From positions 186,001-250,000 of the forward strand of contig MU008212.1 in assembly GCA_010909165.1 (NCBI GenBank): a stretch of 64,000 nt of DNA, in the 5' to 3' direction. Positions within the stretch are counted from its first letter, which is position 1; every line of letters starts with the position of its first letter. Positions 13,274-27,010 of the stretch are shown one piece after another. This DNA comes from Anthoceros angustus. Taxonomy: Eukaryota > Plantae > Anthocerotophyta. The position numbers and the translations under genes were made by a program. Below the pieces are notes generated by a model. That model was not told the origin of the DNA. It was given only the letters and a program-made list of their open reading frames with translations, and ran no database searches.

Positions 13274-16200
13274 GATATGCTATCGCAGGAAGGGTATAAA
13301 ATGTGACAAGGCGATGTTGTTTCGACCGAAGGAGGTTACTATTTTCCCTCCCTTCAAAAATTATCATGTTTTGCCTGGTTGTCGCAATAAGGGAGTGCGA
13401 TGGCTGCCTGATTGTCGCAATAAAAGAGTGTGATGGCTGCCTGGTTGTCGTAATAAAAGAGTGCGATGGCTGCCTGGTTGTCGGAATAAAAGAGTGCGAT
13501 GGTTGCCTGGTTGTCGCGGTTGTCGCAATAAAGGAGTGCGATGGCCGCCTGGTTGTCGCAATAAAGGAGTGCGATGGTCGCCTGGTTGTCGTAATAAAGG
13601 AGTGTGATGGCTGCCTGGTTGTCGCAATAAAGGAGTGCGATGGCCGCCTGGTTGTCGCAATAAAGGAGTGCGATGACCGCCTGGTTGGCACAATAAAGGA
13701 GTGCGATGGCCGCCTGGTTGTCGCAATAAAGGAGTGCGATGGCCGCCTGGTTGGCACAATAAAGGAGTGCGATGGCGGCCTGGTTGTCGCAATAAAGGAG
13801 TGCGATGGTGTAAACGATCTAGGCTCGGAAACCCCTGTTAAAATGTGCCCTGAAGTGAATTTTTTTGTTTTTTTTGCTAAGAGTGGTGTGAAAATAAGTC
13901 AGATTGACGGTAGTTGAGGATATTCATAGTGAAAATGTCCTTGGCCTATGGAGTTCTTTTTGTTTTATTGCCTAGGTTAGATAATAAATGGTCCGGAAAC
14001 TCGGTGTTCCTTGGCCCATGGACCTCAGATATCCACTACAAGGTCTATATATGTGAGGTAGGGGGGTGGTTATTTAGGGGTTGTCAGTCTTGAGTTAGGG
14101 TCGACCAGTAGTGATGGTGAATGAGTGTGGGGTTGTGGACTGGGGCGTGGGCGAGCGGTCCTAGAAGACAACCAGTGGTAGGGGAAGCCAAACTTAACCC
14201 TAAGGAAACCAGGTAAAGTGACCGAGCGTTCAAAGCGGAGGCCGCGGCCGGGTGAGGCGGATGAGCGTGGAAGCCGCGGCTGAGCGCGAGGTCGCCGAGG
14301 AGCCGCATTCGAGGCGGACCGTGATCGAGGAGGCGCAATCATGGCGGAGGGCCGTGTCGCGCCACGGCGCATAGCGGACATGGCGGCATGCCATCTATCA
14401 AAATCCACAAAACAAAAGTCTTTCAACTACTTGCTATCAACTCGTAACCTTGGGCCACATGCGTCATCACCACCTCCGTCTCACTGCGTTTACAAATGGC
14501 AAAATTCTTGGCTTGGGATGGTTGTCCTCTGCACACCACACTGAAGCATCACAAGGTGCTTGAAAGTGCTTGGGATCATGCTGTTCTATTGAATCGACAT
14601 CAACAATCCGCCCTCAATGACGGATTGCTGGACTTTGTAGCCTACACCGCCCTTATCTTAATTCGGCCCGAATTCGAGCGCCGTGATCACACCCGCACAT
14701 GTCGGAGATCTTCGCCGAGCCTTAATTGCGCTGTATTACGCTTGTATGGTCCACATAACCACGACACCATCCTATTTCCATACCCATGCCACTCATCATG
14801 CCACCACACATAGCACACACGCACCATCACTCGATTCTTATCTACCTCTTTCTACCACTGCGTGCCATGCGGTATCGCGCCACGGCGCATAGCGGACATG
14901 GCATGCCATCCTATCAAAATCCACAAAACAAAAGTCTTTCAACTACTTGCTATCAACTCGTAACCTTGGATATGCTATCGCAGGAAGGGTATAAAATGTG
15001 ACAAGGCGATGTTGTTTCAATCAAGGAGGTTACTATTTTCCCTCCTTCAAAAATTATCATGTTTTGCGGTTGTATAATAAGGAGTCGATACGCTGATTGT
15101 CGCAATAAAAGAGTGTGATGGCTGCTGGTTGTCGTAATAAAAGAGTGCGATGGCTGCTGGTTGTCGGAATAAAAGAGTGCGATGGTTGCACGGTTGTCGC
15201 GGTTGTCGTAATAAAGGAGTGCGGCCGCTACCGTTGTAATAAAGGAGCGATAGTCGCCGTTGTCGTAATAAAGGAGTGTGATGGCACTGGTTGTCGCAAT
15301 AAAGAGTCACGATGGCCTTTGGTTATCGCTAATAAAGTCACGATGTGCTTTGGTTAACACAATAAAGGAGTCGATGGCCGCTGGTTGTCGATAAAGAATC
15401 GATAGCCGCTTTGGTTGGCACAATAAAGGAGTGCGATGGCGGCTGGTTATCGCAATAAAGGAGTGCGATGGTGTAAAGCGATCTAGGCTCGGAAACCCCT
15501 GTTAAAATGTGCCCAGTGAATTTTTGTTTTTTGCTAAGAGTGGTGTGAAAATGTTGACGTGAGTTGAGGATATTCATAGTGAAAATGTCCTTGGCCTATG
15601 GAGTTCTTTTTGTTTTATTGCCTAGGTTAGATAATAAATGGTCCTAAACTGGTGTTCCTTGGCCATGGACCTCGGATATCCACTACAAGGTCTATATATG
15701 TGAGGTAGGGGTGGTTATTTAGGGGTTACGGTCTTGAGTTAGGGGTTTGACCACTGACGGTAGCTGAATGAGTGTGGGGTTGTGGACTGGGGCGTGGGCG
15801 AGCGGTCCTAGAAGACAACCGATGGTAGAAGCCAAACTTAACCCTAAGAAACTGTAAAGTGACCGAGCGCGTCAAACGGCGGAGCGCAACGGGCGGCCGG
15901 AGCGGGCGAAGGGAGTGAGCGAACGGCGGCCGGAGCGAGAGGTCGCCGAGGCATTCGAGGCGGACCGTGATCGAGTTGGAGAGCGAGGCGCAATCATGGC
16001 GGAGGGCCGTGTCGCACACGCATAGCGGACATGGCAGCATGCATCCTATCAAAATCCACAAAACAAAAGTCTTTCAACTACTTGCTATCAACTCGTAACC
16101 TTGGGCCACATGCGTCATCACCACCTCCGTCTCACGCGTTTACAAATGGCAAAATTCATCGGCTTGGGATGGTTGTCCTCTGCACACCAACCAAGCATCA

Positions 16201-16620
16201 CAAGGTGCTTGAAAAGTGCTTGGGATCCGTCTGGCCGTTTCTGAATCGACATCAACAATCCGCCTCAATGACGGATTGTCGGACTTTGTAGCCTACACCG
16301 CCGATCTTAATTCGCCCGAATTCAAGCGCCGTGATCACACCCGCACATGTCGGAGATCTTCGCCGAGCCTTAATTGCGCTTGACCAGTATTCGCTTGTAT
16401 GGTCCACATAACCACGACACCATCCTATTTCCATACCCATGCCACTCATCATGCCACCACACACATAGCACACACACCATCACACCTTATTCTTATCTAC
16501 CTCTTTCTACCATGCGTGCCATGACGTCATCGCGGCGCAGATAGCGGACATGGCGCATGCCATCCTATCAAAATCCACAAAACAAAAGTCTTTCAACTAC
16601 TTGCTATCAACTCGTAACCT
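13274..16620. repeat. ~1.7-kb tandem duplication (13274-14968 repeated at 14969-~16620)
   Basis: GATATGCTATCGCAGGAAGG restarts at 14969. The second copy has many small deletions, so it may be an assembly artefact. Confidence 0.85.
13371..13808 (-). repeat. 33-bp copia-derived satellite (part 2, ~13 units)
   Basis: Same unit as 10990-11167. Confidence 0.95.
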
Positions 16621-16663
16621 TGGGCCACATGCGTCATCACCACCTCCGTCTCCTGCGTTTATA
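16010..16663 (-). repeat. 3' terminal repeat block A-B-A of the DNMT-gypsy (first copy at 14355-14968)
   Basis: A 16010-16144, B 16147-16525, A 16527-16663; immediately followed on + by AATGGCCCCCCGCC (the PPT on the minus strand). Confidence 0.8.
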
Positions 16664-16679
16664 AATGGCCCCCCGCCAA

Positions 16680-17830
16680 AGTTTCTCGATGGCGGGCGTC
16701 ATGTTGTGAAAGCACCACTTTGGCACTCTCAAATGCAGTAGAATCGTCGGTAAAACCTTGAACATGCCATCCCTTAGTTGTGGTTCCGACGGTTTATCGT
16801 GATCCATTCTCCACGTGGCTAATAACGCGGCCACGTCGCTCCGGATCGAAATACTCATCAACTTGTGCTTTGCCCAACTGCGCCGTTCTTTCGCTCGATG
16901 CCGCGCCATGAGTTCTTCTTCTTCATCGCTATCTAGTTCGTCTTCACCCTAGGCGTTGCCACCCATTCAAACCATTTACATAATATCGCTGATACACCGT
17001 GCCTCGGATAATCACCCACATTGTCGTCGAAGATACCAAGATTCGGTGGCTTCATCCCATTCCAACACTCCTCGTAAGCAAGCAAACACCTCAGAAAGCT
17101 CGTGGTACCGGTAAAAACGCCCCGCCTTTTCTCTGCAAGTGACTTAGCCAAACTTTTCAGAGGTCGCTGGTTTTCCTTGTGCTGACATTAAGAACCCTTC
17201 AAGGGCGGTGATCAAACACCGATGCATGAACAGTGATGTTCCGCTGAAAGGCCCTTCACGAATCGTCCACATAAGCTTTGCTGCTCATGCCCCTTCCGCC
17301 ACTCAAAAGATCTCTATGATCATAAGGAAAACTCTCTATGTTGCAGCCCTCATGGTGTGATTCCATATACAGCAAAAATGCTTGCAACTCCAGAAATGTC
17401 TCGGGTCGTTCGGGTTTACCAGGCTGATACTTCCTTACCAACGGTGTTTTCCACTTGTCTTCCCATGGCCTGTCTGGAAATTGTGGAACACTTGTGCTCA
17501 TTCTCCGGAAGCATGATTTGCAAGTGTGGTCTGCTTCCATATCCATGTCAACCACGTGTTGTCCCCAACGAGAACCCCTCTTTGATGCTCTCAGAATTTG
17601 GAAAACGGGTGTTGTTAGTGTTGGTCAAACAACCATATGAACTGGTTGATTCCTGGAAGACTACCTATGTTTGCAACTGGCCTTGCAAAGCGAGTGTCTT
17701 GCTTGTTAGTCAACACGGCGGCGATTGCAGACGAATGTCACTTGGTCTTACCTGATCGCCCCGCCACCGCCACTTGCGTCTACATAACAAACATACCATG
17801 CACCCTCACCGCCGTGCTCACATCCGGATA
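16680..17830 (-). pseudogene. Unknown extra ORF between pol and the 3' LTR of the DNMT-gypsy
   Basis: Consecutive same-strand ORF pieces (17256-17555, 16933-17151, 16637-16909) with protein-like composition; no domain recognised. Confidence 0.4.
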
Positions 17831-18399
17831 CTTGATGCCATGACCACGCGCTTGTTCTTCACCCCAATTCTTCCGTGATCACCGCCTTCACTTTTCGTCA
17901 CTTGAGTCCTTTATCCCTATCTACCTGCAACTACATGCCTTTACACACTCGATTCGCTCGATCGTGTGCTACGATGTTCCATCGTCATCGCCTTTCCTTC
18001 ACCGCAACAACTCGTTGATGTCCGATCGCCGCCTTCCTTGCTTCTCGCACCCACACGGTCACCGCAATTAGCTTTCTCCCACATGCACCGTGATGACCCC
18101 CTGCTTCACCTTCTCGCACCGCCACCGCAGATCGATGCACTCACACCGTATTTCTCCAAGAATTGTCGGGCCTTCTCCAATGATCAATCCTCCGCCTATT
18201 GCAGAATCCTCCTTCGTGCCCGCCAATCCTCCGTCCACACCTTTACTTGCGCCGCCAACCCACGCAGCCCTCACACAACCCGCATCGATAAGGCAAGTAA
18301 CGGGTTTTATAGACCTTCCCTTTAGTGACTCTCTTCCCGCACGCCCACACCGTGAGTGCTTTACAGCCCCCAGCTTCTTTCCGCCCTAACTTTTCCGTC

Positions 18400-18520
18400 G
18401 TGCATTTGTGACAAAACCATTCTCCTTCCGGATCGCTTTCAGGGTCAAGACAAAAGACATGATGTCCTTGGTTGCAGGTCACACAACAAAGATCGGTCGT
18501 TGATTTGACCATAGTGTTCG
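18400..18520 (-). pseudogene. PHD finger at the pol C-terminus
   Basis: DLCCVTCNQGHHVFCLDP...PEGEWFCHKC (PHD C4HC3 pattern, second half). Confidence 0.85.
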
Positions 18521-18759
18521 CACGGCAGGTCAACAGGTGGCTTCCATGCTTGTGGTTGTATGCGCGTATCAAGATTCGGCAAATGGCAGGGGGCCAGATG
18601 TCGCATGTGCTCCTTGCATCGGCGCCCATCTTGCCCTTCCAACTCGATGACCCCTTGCTCACCAACGTTCACCACTCTCAAAATCAACCGTCCGTGTTTA
18701 CGTCCAAAGTGCCAAGGACGATGTTGAAGATACGAAATCACCTACGAACTTTTCTCGGC

Positions 18760-19620
18760 CTTTGGCTTCCATGATCCTCCTCGTGTGAATGCATACCTTG
18801 ATCTCAATATGGCGGCCGATTGTCCATCGCCATGGGTATCACTCGTTGTAACAACTTGGCCCGGTTTAACTCGAGCAACACTCATCCACATCTTGTGTCC
18901 ACCCATCGGTTTGGAATATGTGTCCGCCACTATGTTGGGCAGCACAAGACATTCGCCAAACATGATGTAAGGAGAAGTTGCCTGTGGCCCAGACATCGAT
19001 CTCGTAGCCTGTGGCAACGGGTAGCAACTCATCCCAACAATTAGGCTCGATCCGCAAGCGGCGAAGTGAATCCTTGAAAGTTTGCACCTTTCGCTAAACC
19101 ATCGCTCGAGGATGATCCGTGACGCGCCTCGTGATCTATCAAACTCCGATCCAACAACGCTTGGAACTCTCCTCAATTGCTTTCCTTGATCTGTCGGCAC
19201 CTCGCACTTCCATATCTGCTCAAACGCCGTAAAGCTCGTCGTGAATTGGGAAGTTCGATGGAAGGAATGCCAATTCCACCCACTTGGAGAAGTGTTCTAT
19301 CATGAGCATACAATGCTTGTTGCCTTGCTTGGTCAATGGTAGCTCGCATGAGGTCAACGGACCATCGAAAGAACAGACCGAATAGGCAATGCAACACCAC
19401 ATCTGGCCGTTGAACCTTGCTTTGATCGCATCACAAGCACATCTCGACACCACTCGCTCGACGTCGAGTACATTCGGACCAAAAATAGGCACTCTTCAAA
19501 GACATGCGCCTTTTACAGTGCCCAAGTGTCTTGTGCACTTTACTCACTATCTGCTCCGTTCCTCTATGGGAGGGACCATTTTACACACTCCACGATCATC
19601 ACTAACAATTTGCCATCCCT
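18760..19620 (-). pseudogene. Gypsy DDE integrase (frameshifted)
   Basis: VERVVSRC..CD, FFRWSVDL, GNKHCMLMIEHFSKWVEL, TDQG motifs. Confidence 0.85.
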
Positions 19621-19899
19621 CCGTATACCTCATGACCTTCCGTCACTTTTGAACGGTCATGCATCTAGTCCAACTACTTGTCCTTCCTTCAATAGTGAAT
19701 AGCATGCCCATATTTCCATATGTCTCGTCCTCCCTCATTGAGTTGTTTTCTTCCTTCCGACTTGTGGCCATGAGAGCCATATACATGCTTGGCATGTAAC
19801 GAGCATGATCAAAATCCGCCGCACGTCCATCTTTGTCATCAATCCGGGTTCCTAAGTCCATCCGCATTGTGATGTACTTTTTGCTGCACTATGTGCATA

Positions 19900-21050
19900 T
19901 CATATCGACGCGAACGCCCACCTTGCGAGCTTGCCACTCAACTTCATGTTCGTCATTAACCAGCAACGGCTGGTGATCGTCACGAGTTGGAAGCTCCGCC
20001 GAACAAATAAATTAAATGTAGAACCCACATACCAAACATTCACCCTCATACGACGAATAATTGGCTTCATGGAATTGTTCGACCTACCGCATACGCAATC
20101 ACTCTTTCTTTTCCTTCCCGATCCACCTGCAAGGCTCCGATTCCAATTGCACTCCGGTACAGAGTGAGTCAAAATCAGCCGTTTGAGCATGGGCCTTCGA
20201 CAATTGATCCTTTAACTCCGCCAAGCATGTTCATGTTTTGCTCCCACGCCATGTGCCCCTTTTCATCGATCATACAATACCTTGCAAGTCTTGCTCATGT
20301 TCTGATGAATCGGCGATAATAGTTGGCGAGTCCCAAGAATGCTCTCAACGCTACGCCCTTGGTCTTGGCATAAGATTGATACTGCACCTTCGCCATGCAA
20401 AGACGCCTCGCACAATCACCCAAATATTCTATCTCCTTGTAAGCAAACTTACACTTCTTGATGTGCCTTCAAATTTCGAATCGATTGAACGCTTTGAGTG
20501 CCTCCAATCCCGCTAAACACCAAAATGTCATCAATGTAACACCTCACGAATGGTAATCCTTGCAACTCCAAGTCGCCACCAAAGTAGATGGAAGCGTTTT
20601 CAGCCCAAAAGGCATCGTCTCCCATTCCCACAATGTTCTTTGCCCCGAGCCGTTTTACACTTGTCTTCTTCGATGACGATTTGATTGAACCGAATCTAAG
20701 TCCAACGTCAGAAATACTTGGCCATGTAATCAAAGATTTCATCGGGGTAGGCATGGGATATCGCTCCATAGGCGTTACCTCATTCGCCCGATAATCTCCA
20801 CACATCCACCGTCCTTCCATTCGCTGTCTTTCTTTAGCGGAAGGACCGTGCAGATACTCGTGAACTTGATTTAATTAATCCACGCAGCAAGTTCCCTACA
20901 CCGCTTTATCCACAATGTCCCACTGGCTCAACTTGTGCCGTCTTGAAAACCGGCTCATTGGTAGTAGTGATGATTTTGAACTTGATGCGCTCATAACGCC
21001 CCCTCTTGCCACAACGCAAGGTACCCGATTCTTCTCCAAAGATCTCCGGA
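19900..21050 (-). pseudogene. Gypsy reverse transcriptase and RNase H (frameshifted)
   Basis: RWMCGDYR, RYPMPTP, VRCYIDDILVFS, KLSGKLARWA. Confidence 0.9.
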
Positions 21051-21269
21051 TCCTGCATTGATCCTCGATATTCAAGTCCTCACATATTTGCCATACATGA
21101 GTTGAATGCCCACTCGTGCTTTCCACTCCGCGATATACTTCCGCACTATTTCAGATTTGGGTACTTGTCCGACGACGAAACTCTCTTCCCGTCACCCATC
21201 ATCGTATACCACGACCTTCCTATCTCGACTTCACCGTGTGGCTATTCCCACTCACCAACCATTGCACAC

Positions 21270-22150
21270 AGTCGTCAAATGCTTGTCCCGGTTTGCATCC
21301 GAAAGCTGACACACCTCGATAGGTGCTGCCATCACAAAACCCATCTGCTCGCTCTACAATCGTGGGTTCCCCATCTCCTCACCATTCATGTTCAATACCA
21401 TGCCCGCACCACCTCGGCGAAAGGCATATGACCGAGCAGATCGACCGATGTGGGCCAAGCTCCGGGTTCTCCCAATATTGACAGGATAGTGTGGCAACCT
21501 ATCCATCCTGCTCACTTGCGATCGCTGCCTCCTCAAGGATCCCATCCAGTTCCGCTTAGTTGGTGTGGTTAAACTGATGTCGCCGAGTGTTTCCACACTG
21601 CAATGTTCCGAAGCTGCGGAGGCGAGCGCATCGACCGCTTTGCACGGCGTCAATGATGAACTCCTCGCCCGACCTTTTCATAATTTTCTCTCACATGACC
21701 CGTTTGTCAAAAGCTCGCAAACATTCTCCAGCAAGTACCAACATGCGGATTGCATCGCTGCACTTCTCTCGAATCCGTATCACTTCCCCGATCGCACTCC
21801 GTTGCCTTGACCACGTCCTTTTGGAAAAGGTCTTGCACTCCCATCCTGCAATCATCATGTCAACCGGGCATCTCATTGCCCGTGGCTTTTCCACCAGCAT
21901 CACATCGGGCGGTTTCTGCACCCTCTTATGGCTTCCACACTCAGCAAGCTCGGATGCATTTTTTGTAGCCTGATAATCCTGGATTTGGCCACTGCCCGAG
22001 TCTTCTCATCAATTTCTACACATGTATACTTCCGTACCCGAATCCCACATCGCAGCACACACTCCACTCCACTACTAATCCCTGAACACAACTCCATGAG
22101 ATGGATGCCCTGTTCATGCACTCGCCACCGAATCACTTGGTTATCGATTT
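21270..22150 (-). pseudogene. C5-cytosine DNA methyltransferase domain inside pol (copy 1)
   Basis: Motif I LMELCSGI, VEID, motif IV DMMIAGWECKTFS, motif VI ENV, motif X GQAFD, located between protease and RT. Confidence 0.85.
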
Positions 22151-25100
22151 GTAACCCCAGATTTCCTGATTGCTTGTGGCGGGCTTCTTCCGGACAATTG
22201 CGGTGATTCGCCATATTTGCATCCGCTGCGTCGAATCGCTCTCTTTCCAAAGCTTCCTCTGGTGGTCTGACTCACGCGCATCATTCGATGTTGTGCTTTC
22301 TTCGACACCTCGTGTCGTGCAGTCTTGTGTCTCTTCCACACCTCCCTCGGTGAACACTTTTGCGCCGCCGTGACGCCAACATACTTCTTGATCTTTCACC
22401 ATGCCTCCTCATGTCCGGAGGAATTCGCGACATGTGTGAAATCTCCATCCGCCACTTTGGCCTATAAAATGCCACAGTGCGGATCCACCCCATTCTTGGC
22501 GTCGTAGCATCTGCACCCAACACACATCATAGTTTCGTGCATCGAAACCAAACAATGTACTTCCACCACACGCATCTGCTGTTCACGGCTTATACTCTAT
22601 CCGAATCGGATCGCGAGTCATCCCCATCACTGTTCTTTGGTGCTGCGGATGTGGTGATCCGTACCTCACGGCTTGACTTGTCTCCATACGATTCAGTGCT
22701 TCTTGCACCGTGCCCCAAGCAACTTGGATGCACGTGTCTACTAACACACTCCGGTGCAAAGCCATTGGCGGTGACTTCTCGTTCGCGATTCTTCACTAAC
22801 GCTATTCCACCTTTCCCCTAGCTGGCTTTAGGTGATCACCACGTGGTGACAAGCCGGACACCATGTTCAACTCGTGGCTTCCATGCTTGTGGTTGTATGC
22901 GCGTATCAAGATTCAAGTGGCAGGGCGGATGTCGCATGTGCTCCTTGCCGGCGCCCATCTTGCCCTTCCAACTCGATGACCCCTTGCTCACCAGCGTTCA
23001 CCACTCTCAAAATCAACCGTCCGTGTTTACGTCCAAAGTGCGGAAGGGCGATGTTGAAGATACGAAATCACCTACGAACTTTCGGCCTTTGGCTTCCATG
23101 ATCCTCCTCGTGTGAATGCATACCTCAATTGATCTCTACGCGATGGCGGATTGTCCATCGCCATGGGTATCACTCGTTGTAACAACTTGGCGGTTTTGGC
23201 TCAAAGCAACACTCATCCACATCTTGTGTCGATCCGGTTTGGAATATATGCGCGCCACTATGTTGGGCAGCAGCACCACATTATGATATTGAAGTTGCCG
23301 AGGCTGCTGCGATTCAGCCCGGGGCAGCGTAAGGTAGCAACTCATCCCAACAATTAGGCTCGATCTCTGTGCAGTACTTGCGAAGTGAATCCTTGAAAGT
23401 TTGCACCAGCCTTTACGCTAAACGCACGAGGATGATCCGTGGCGTCGTGATCTATCAAACTCCGATCTAACAACGCTTGGAACTCTCCTCTGAATTCGTT
23501 TCCTTGATCTGCACCTGCACTTCCACTCTGCTCAAAACGCTTGTAGAAAGCTCGTCGTGAATTGGGAAGTTCGGTGGAAGGAATGCCAATTCCACCCACT
23601 TGAGAAGTGTTCTATCATGAGCATACAATGCTTGTTGCCTTGCTTGGTCAATGGTAGCTCGGCATGAGGTCAACGGACCATCGAAAGAACAGACCCGAAT
23701 AGGCGTGAATGCAACACCACATCCGGTGAACCTTGCTTTGGCATCACAAGCACATCTCGACACCACTCGCTCGGCGTCGGAGTACATTTGACGATGCCCC
23801 CAAACAATCGGAAAACATGGTCCAACCAATGTCGAACTCTCATATTTCAAGTTTCCCCAGAACGCTTCGCGGGGTGGTGGTGGTATGGGTCATAGGAATC
23901 CCCTTACATGCGACATGGAATTCATGGAAATCGTGGGTGGCGCCGGCCAGCGCGCCACTCACAATCCCGAGTGATATGTCATCTCCTATCCCTTGGTAGG
24001 TTGGAGGAATCGATTTTGAGACAAGAGGGCTCAGATGTGTGTCACCAACCATCGGCGATGCTATGTATAGTCATGTGACTAGCCGTGATCAAAAAGCGAA
24101 AGTCTTTGGGTATGGATGCATTATTAGTGGCATCGTGCAAGCCCTAAATGTGCACATGCTCTAAATGTGCAAATTGAAAGGGTGTCCCAGGCTGCGCTAG
24201 TGCTTTAGGCCGACGATGGGGCGATGGAGTTTCCATCGGCTAACATCTTGTAGAATATACTGGTCGTTTCAAACTTTCCCCAAGGAGAATGGGCTACAAT
24301 GAGCGTGTCGAATGTGTCTTGCGGTTTCCCTTCTCAAAGCAGAAAATGAGGATCGACCTATGCGCACTTTTAACATTGAGTGCAATCTACTCTCCTTCTA
24401 AATTGGCCGTCATCTTCGTTAGGTTCGGCATCATCACCGTCATCTTCAACATCCTCGCCACTTTGACTTGCTGGTTGTATGAAGCCCGCAATTCATTCAC
24501 TTGTCCTTCCTTCAATAAATAGCATGCCCATATTTCCATATGTCTCGTCCTCCCTCATTGAGTTGTTTTCTTCCTTCGACTTGTGGCCATGAGAGCCATA
24601 TACATGCTTGCAGCATGATCAAAATCTGCCGCGCGTCCATCTTTGTCATCAAAATCGGGTTCTGCTAAGTCCATCCGCATTGTGATGTACTTTTTTGCCC
24701 GGCACTATATGCATATATACGGCGGCCGCCACCTTGCGAGCTTGCCACTCAACTTCATGTTCGTCATTAACGATTACAGCGGCTGGTGATCGATCACGAG
24801 TTGGAAGCTCTGCCGAACAAATAAATTAAATGTAGAAGCGCCCACACCGCAAACATTCACCCTCATCACGAATAATTGGCTTCCAGCGGGTTACGACCTA
24901 CTGCATCGCAATCACTCTTTCTTTTCCTTCCCGATCCACAGCAAGTACTCGATTCGATTGCACTCCGATTCGGTATCTGAGTGAGCGGTTTTTCAAAATC
25001 GAGCCGTTTGAGCATGGGCCTTTCGACAATTGATCCTTTAACTCACCGCCAAGCATGTTCATGTTTTGCTCCCCGCGCACTGCCCCTTTTTCGCGGATCA

Positions 25101-25239
25101 TACAATACCTTGCAAGTGCGCTCATGTTCGATGAATCGGCGATAATAGTTGACTGAGTCCCAAGAATGCTCTCAGCGGCTCGTCCCTTGGTCTTGGCATA
25201 AGATTGATACTGCACCTTCGCCCAGCGGCACGCCTCGCA

Positions 25240-25900
25240 CAATCTTGTGACCCAAATATTCTATCTCCTTGTAAGCAAACTTACACTTCTTTGGATGTGC
25301 CTTGACCAGGCAGATCTGCAGCAACGTTTGAGGTGTTGAATGTGTTCCTCAACCTAATGTCATCAATGTAACACCTCACGAATGGTAATCCTTGCAACTC
25401 CAAGTCGCCACCCGAAAGTAGATGGAAGCGTTTCAAAAAGGCATCGTCTCCCATTCCCACAACTGTTCTTTGCCCCAGAAAGCCGTTTTACACTTGTCTT
25501 CTTCTTCGATGACAATTTGATTGAATCCAGAACGGAAATCCAACGTCGTAAAATACTTGGCTTCGCCAATCGCGTCAAAGATTTCATCTGGGGTAGGCAT
25601 GGGATATCGCTCCATAGGCGTTACCTCATTCAGCGCCCGATAATCTCCACACATCCGCCTGTCCTTCCATTCGCCGTTTTTGTCTTTCTTTAGCGGAAGG
25701 ACCGTGGCGCGACATCTTGAACTTGATTTCCGAATTAATCCAGGTCGGCAAGTTCCCTACACCGTTTATCCACAATGTCCCTCTCTGGGCTCAACTTGTG
25801 CCGTCTTGAAAACCGGCTCATTGGTAGTAGTGATGATGATTTTGATGCGCTCATAACGTCCTCTTCTTGAGCGAAGGTACCCGATTCTTCTCCGGCATCT
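25240..25900 (-). pseudogene. Reverse transcriptase, copy 2
   Basis: MCGDYRALNEVTPMERYPMPTPDEIFDAIGEAKYFTTLDFRSGFNQI...KTAFW...MPF. Confidence 0.9.
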
Positions 25901-26119
25901 CCGGATCCTGCATTGATCCTCGCTATTCAAGTCCTCACATATTTGCCATACATGAGTTGAATGCCCACTCGTGCTTTCCACTCGCGGCGATACTTCTTAC
26001 GCACTATTTCCATTTGGGTACTTGTCACGGCGGATAAACTCTTCCCGTCACCCATCATCATACCACGACCTTCCCTCTATCGATTCGGTGTGTGGCTATT
26101 CCACACTCACCAACCATTG

Positions 26120-27010
26120 CACAGTCGGGTCAAATGCTTGGTTTGCATCGAAAGCTTGACACACCTCGCGTATAGGTGCTGCCATCGTCAAAACCCATCG
26201 CTCGTTCGCTCTACAATCGTGGGTTCCCCATCTCCTCACCATTCATGTTCAATACCATGCACCACCTCGGCGAAAGGCATATGGTAGCGTCTTGACGATG
26301 GGCCAAGCTCTCTGGGTTCTCCCACAATATTGACAGGATAGTGTGGCAACCTATCCATCCTGCTCACCTGTTGCGATCGCCTGCCCTCCTCAAGGATCCC
26401 ATCCAGGTTCCGCTTAGTTGGTGTGGTTAAACTTCGATGCTGCCTGAGTGTTTTCACACTTGCAATGTTCGTCCAGAAGCTGCGGAGACGATGAGCGTAC
26501 GACCCTGTTTGCACCGCGTCAATGATGAACTCCTCGCCCAGCCAGCTCCTGACCTTTTCATAACTTTCTCTCACATGTCCCCGTTTGTCAAAAGCTCCGC
26601 AAACATTCTCCAGCAAGTACCAACATGCCGGATTGCATCGCTGCACTTCTCTTAGAATCCGTATCACTTCCCGATCGCACTCGTTGCCTTGACCACGTCC
26701 GGCCTTGGAAAAGGTCTTGCACTCCCATCCTGCAATCATCATGTCAACGGGCATCTCATTGCACTGATGTGCTTTCCACCAGCATCACATCGGTGCTTGG
26801 TGGCACCCTCTTATGGCTTCCACACTCGAAGCTCGGATGCATTTTTGTAGATAATCCACGGATTTGGCCCTTTGAGTCTTCTCATCAATTTCTACACATG
26901 TATACTTGCCCCAATCCCACATCGCACACACTCCGGTCCACTACTAATTCACGAACACAACTCCATGAGATGGATGCCCTGTTCATGCACTCGCCACCGA
27001 ATCACTTGGT
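26120..27010 (-). pseudogene. C5-cytosine DNA methyltransferase, copy 2
   Basis: PVDMMIAGWECKTFSKAG...WYLLENV...DAVQTGSYAHRLRSFWTN (motifs IV, VI, VIII). Confidence 0.88.

Larger units (their letters stand above)
11168..13370. mobile_element. Non-autonomous TIR DNA transposon related to the 28488-37824 element
   Basis: TIRs AACACCATAATTTTTGAAGGGGG and reverse-complement AACATGATAATTTTTGAAGGGAGG; 4-bp TSD CTGC/TTGC splitting one 33-bp unit; carries the transposase 3' end. Confidence 0.85.

Noticed and set aside
10990-13808. CRISPR-like appearance of the 33-bp repeats
   Set aside because: The units are contiguous with no spacers, derive from copia RNase H, and there are no cas genes in this eukaryotic context.
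16680-17830. Tyrosine recombinase / DIRS classification of the DNMT element
   Set aside because: No R-H-R-Y motifs were found. A DDE integrase, PPT and 5-bp TSD indicate Ty3/gypsy.
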